Of a stretch of 45,014 bases of DNA, positions 44,342 to 45,014 are shown in pieces (positions within the stretch are counted from its first letter, which is position 1; each line of letters starts with the position of its first letter). The stretch is from positions 1 to 45,014 of IMG/VR virus record IMGVR_UViG_3300037478_000309; one strand, written 5' to 3'. The notes below the pieces were generated by a model. The model was not told where the DNA came from. It was given only the letters and a program-made list of their open reading frames with translations, and ran no database searches. Made by a program: the position numbers and the translations under genes. This stretch comes from a virus. Lineage: Duplodnaviria > Caudoviricetes.

Positions 44342-44716
44342 GCCCCGCCACAGCCCCTGTTCGACAGGAGCCCAAGCCGCTCATCCTGGGAGGGAGGATG
44401 GCCGGTGCGCAGATGGCGGGGCTAAGGTAGACCGCTGCGCTCGATACGTTGTCAACTTGCATCTCCTACTGCCCACCCGCCACAGACCTTGGAGTGCTGG
44501 CAGCGAGTGGGCAGCGAGGTCAACCCAACGATATCTGGGAGCGCCTCCTTATGTGGCAGCCGCTTGGTTAGATAGTCGGTGGCGGGCTGCGTGCGCGCCG
44601 AATGGGTATGAGTGCTAGGCATGGCCGCTCTCCTGCCGATCACAGCCTGAGTTTGCAGCCACGCCCCGTCCGGGTCGGCAGGTCAGAGTGCCGTCGATGG
44701 TCGTCCCGGCCCGCCA
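44342..44716 (-). ncRNA. Candidate structured non-coding cluster (three stem-closed elements)
   Basis: Inverted repeats closing 44342-44422, 44469-44514 and 44580-44716; no credible ORF. Confidence 0.35.
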
Positions 44717-44718
44717 TG

Positions 44719-44919
44719 TCATCGCTTCGTTCTCACGTTTCTGACACACAGGATGTCCGCGTTGCCAGTCACAACGAGGCGCACCACCTGGAATGGCAAC
44801 TCGGCTACGGCTTGCATGCGCTTCCACCAAGGCACATCAGCCCACCGTATTCTGATGGCCATCATCTGATGCACCTCGAACACCTCACCTTTGATGAACT
44901 GGAATGTCTGGTCGCTCAT
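44719..44919 (-). CDS. Hypothetical protein
   Basis: MSDQTFQF start coupled to the gene at 47-337 across the junction. Confidence 0.55.
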   Translation of the reverse strand: MSDQTFQFIKGEVFEVHQMMAIRIRWADVPWWKRMQAVAELPFQVVRLVVTGNADILCVRNVRTKR

Positions 44920-45014
44920 GACTTCCTCCACTCCCATTGATTGCGGCACGTCGGCTCCAGACACTGCCACTCGGTATGCGTCGCCGACCACTTCAACTCC
45001 ATCACCGTCTCGCC
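44889..45014. repeat. 126-bp direct terminal repeat, copy 2
   Basis: Identical to 20-145. Confidence 0.95.

Noticed and set aside
44342-44422. Canonical tRNA gene
   Set aside because: Lacks the D-loop GG, U33, a proper 7-nt T-loop and CCA; kept only as a cloverleaf-like candidate

Overview
The window is an apparently complete, circularly permuted tailed-phage genome of about 44.9 kb. A 126-bp direct repeat at 20-145 and 44889-45014 closes the circle, giving a 44,869-bp unit. Gene order is podovirus-like (P22/N4-gp56 type). A plus-strand late operon (about 15.7-43.3 kb) runs terminase small/large, portal, scaffold, major capsid, a six-gene glycan-modification block, adaptor, several tail fibre/spike proteins, tail nozzle, ejection proteins (with a free-standing LAGLIDADG gene among them), a LECT2-like M23 lysin, holin-like genes and an outer-membrane beta-barrel. 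A minus-strand early region carries ERCC4 nuclease, SSB-like and Sak4-like genes, C5 methyltransferase/HNH genes and dozens of small, module-shuffled Cys/His-rich ORFs behind three similar sigma70 promoters. A plus-strand island holds an AAA_25 helicase, an MT-A70 methyltransferase and a PD-(D/E)xK nuclease. I recognise no integrase, repressor, DNA polymerase, primase, canonical tRNA or CRISPR array. The best candidates for new biology are (1) a three-glycosyltransferase, two-methyltransferase, one-deacetylase block directly behind the capsid gene of a probably diderm-host phage (putative virion glycan shield), (2) two tandem structured non-coding RNAs with identical termini at 8461-8744 plus a second structured cluster at 44342-44716, and (3) an apparent endolysin resembling vertebrate LECT2. 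All calls come from motif reading by eye; no database searches were run.
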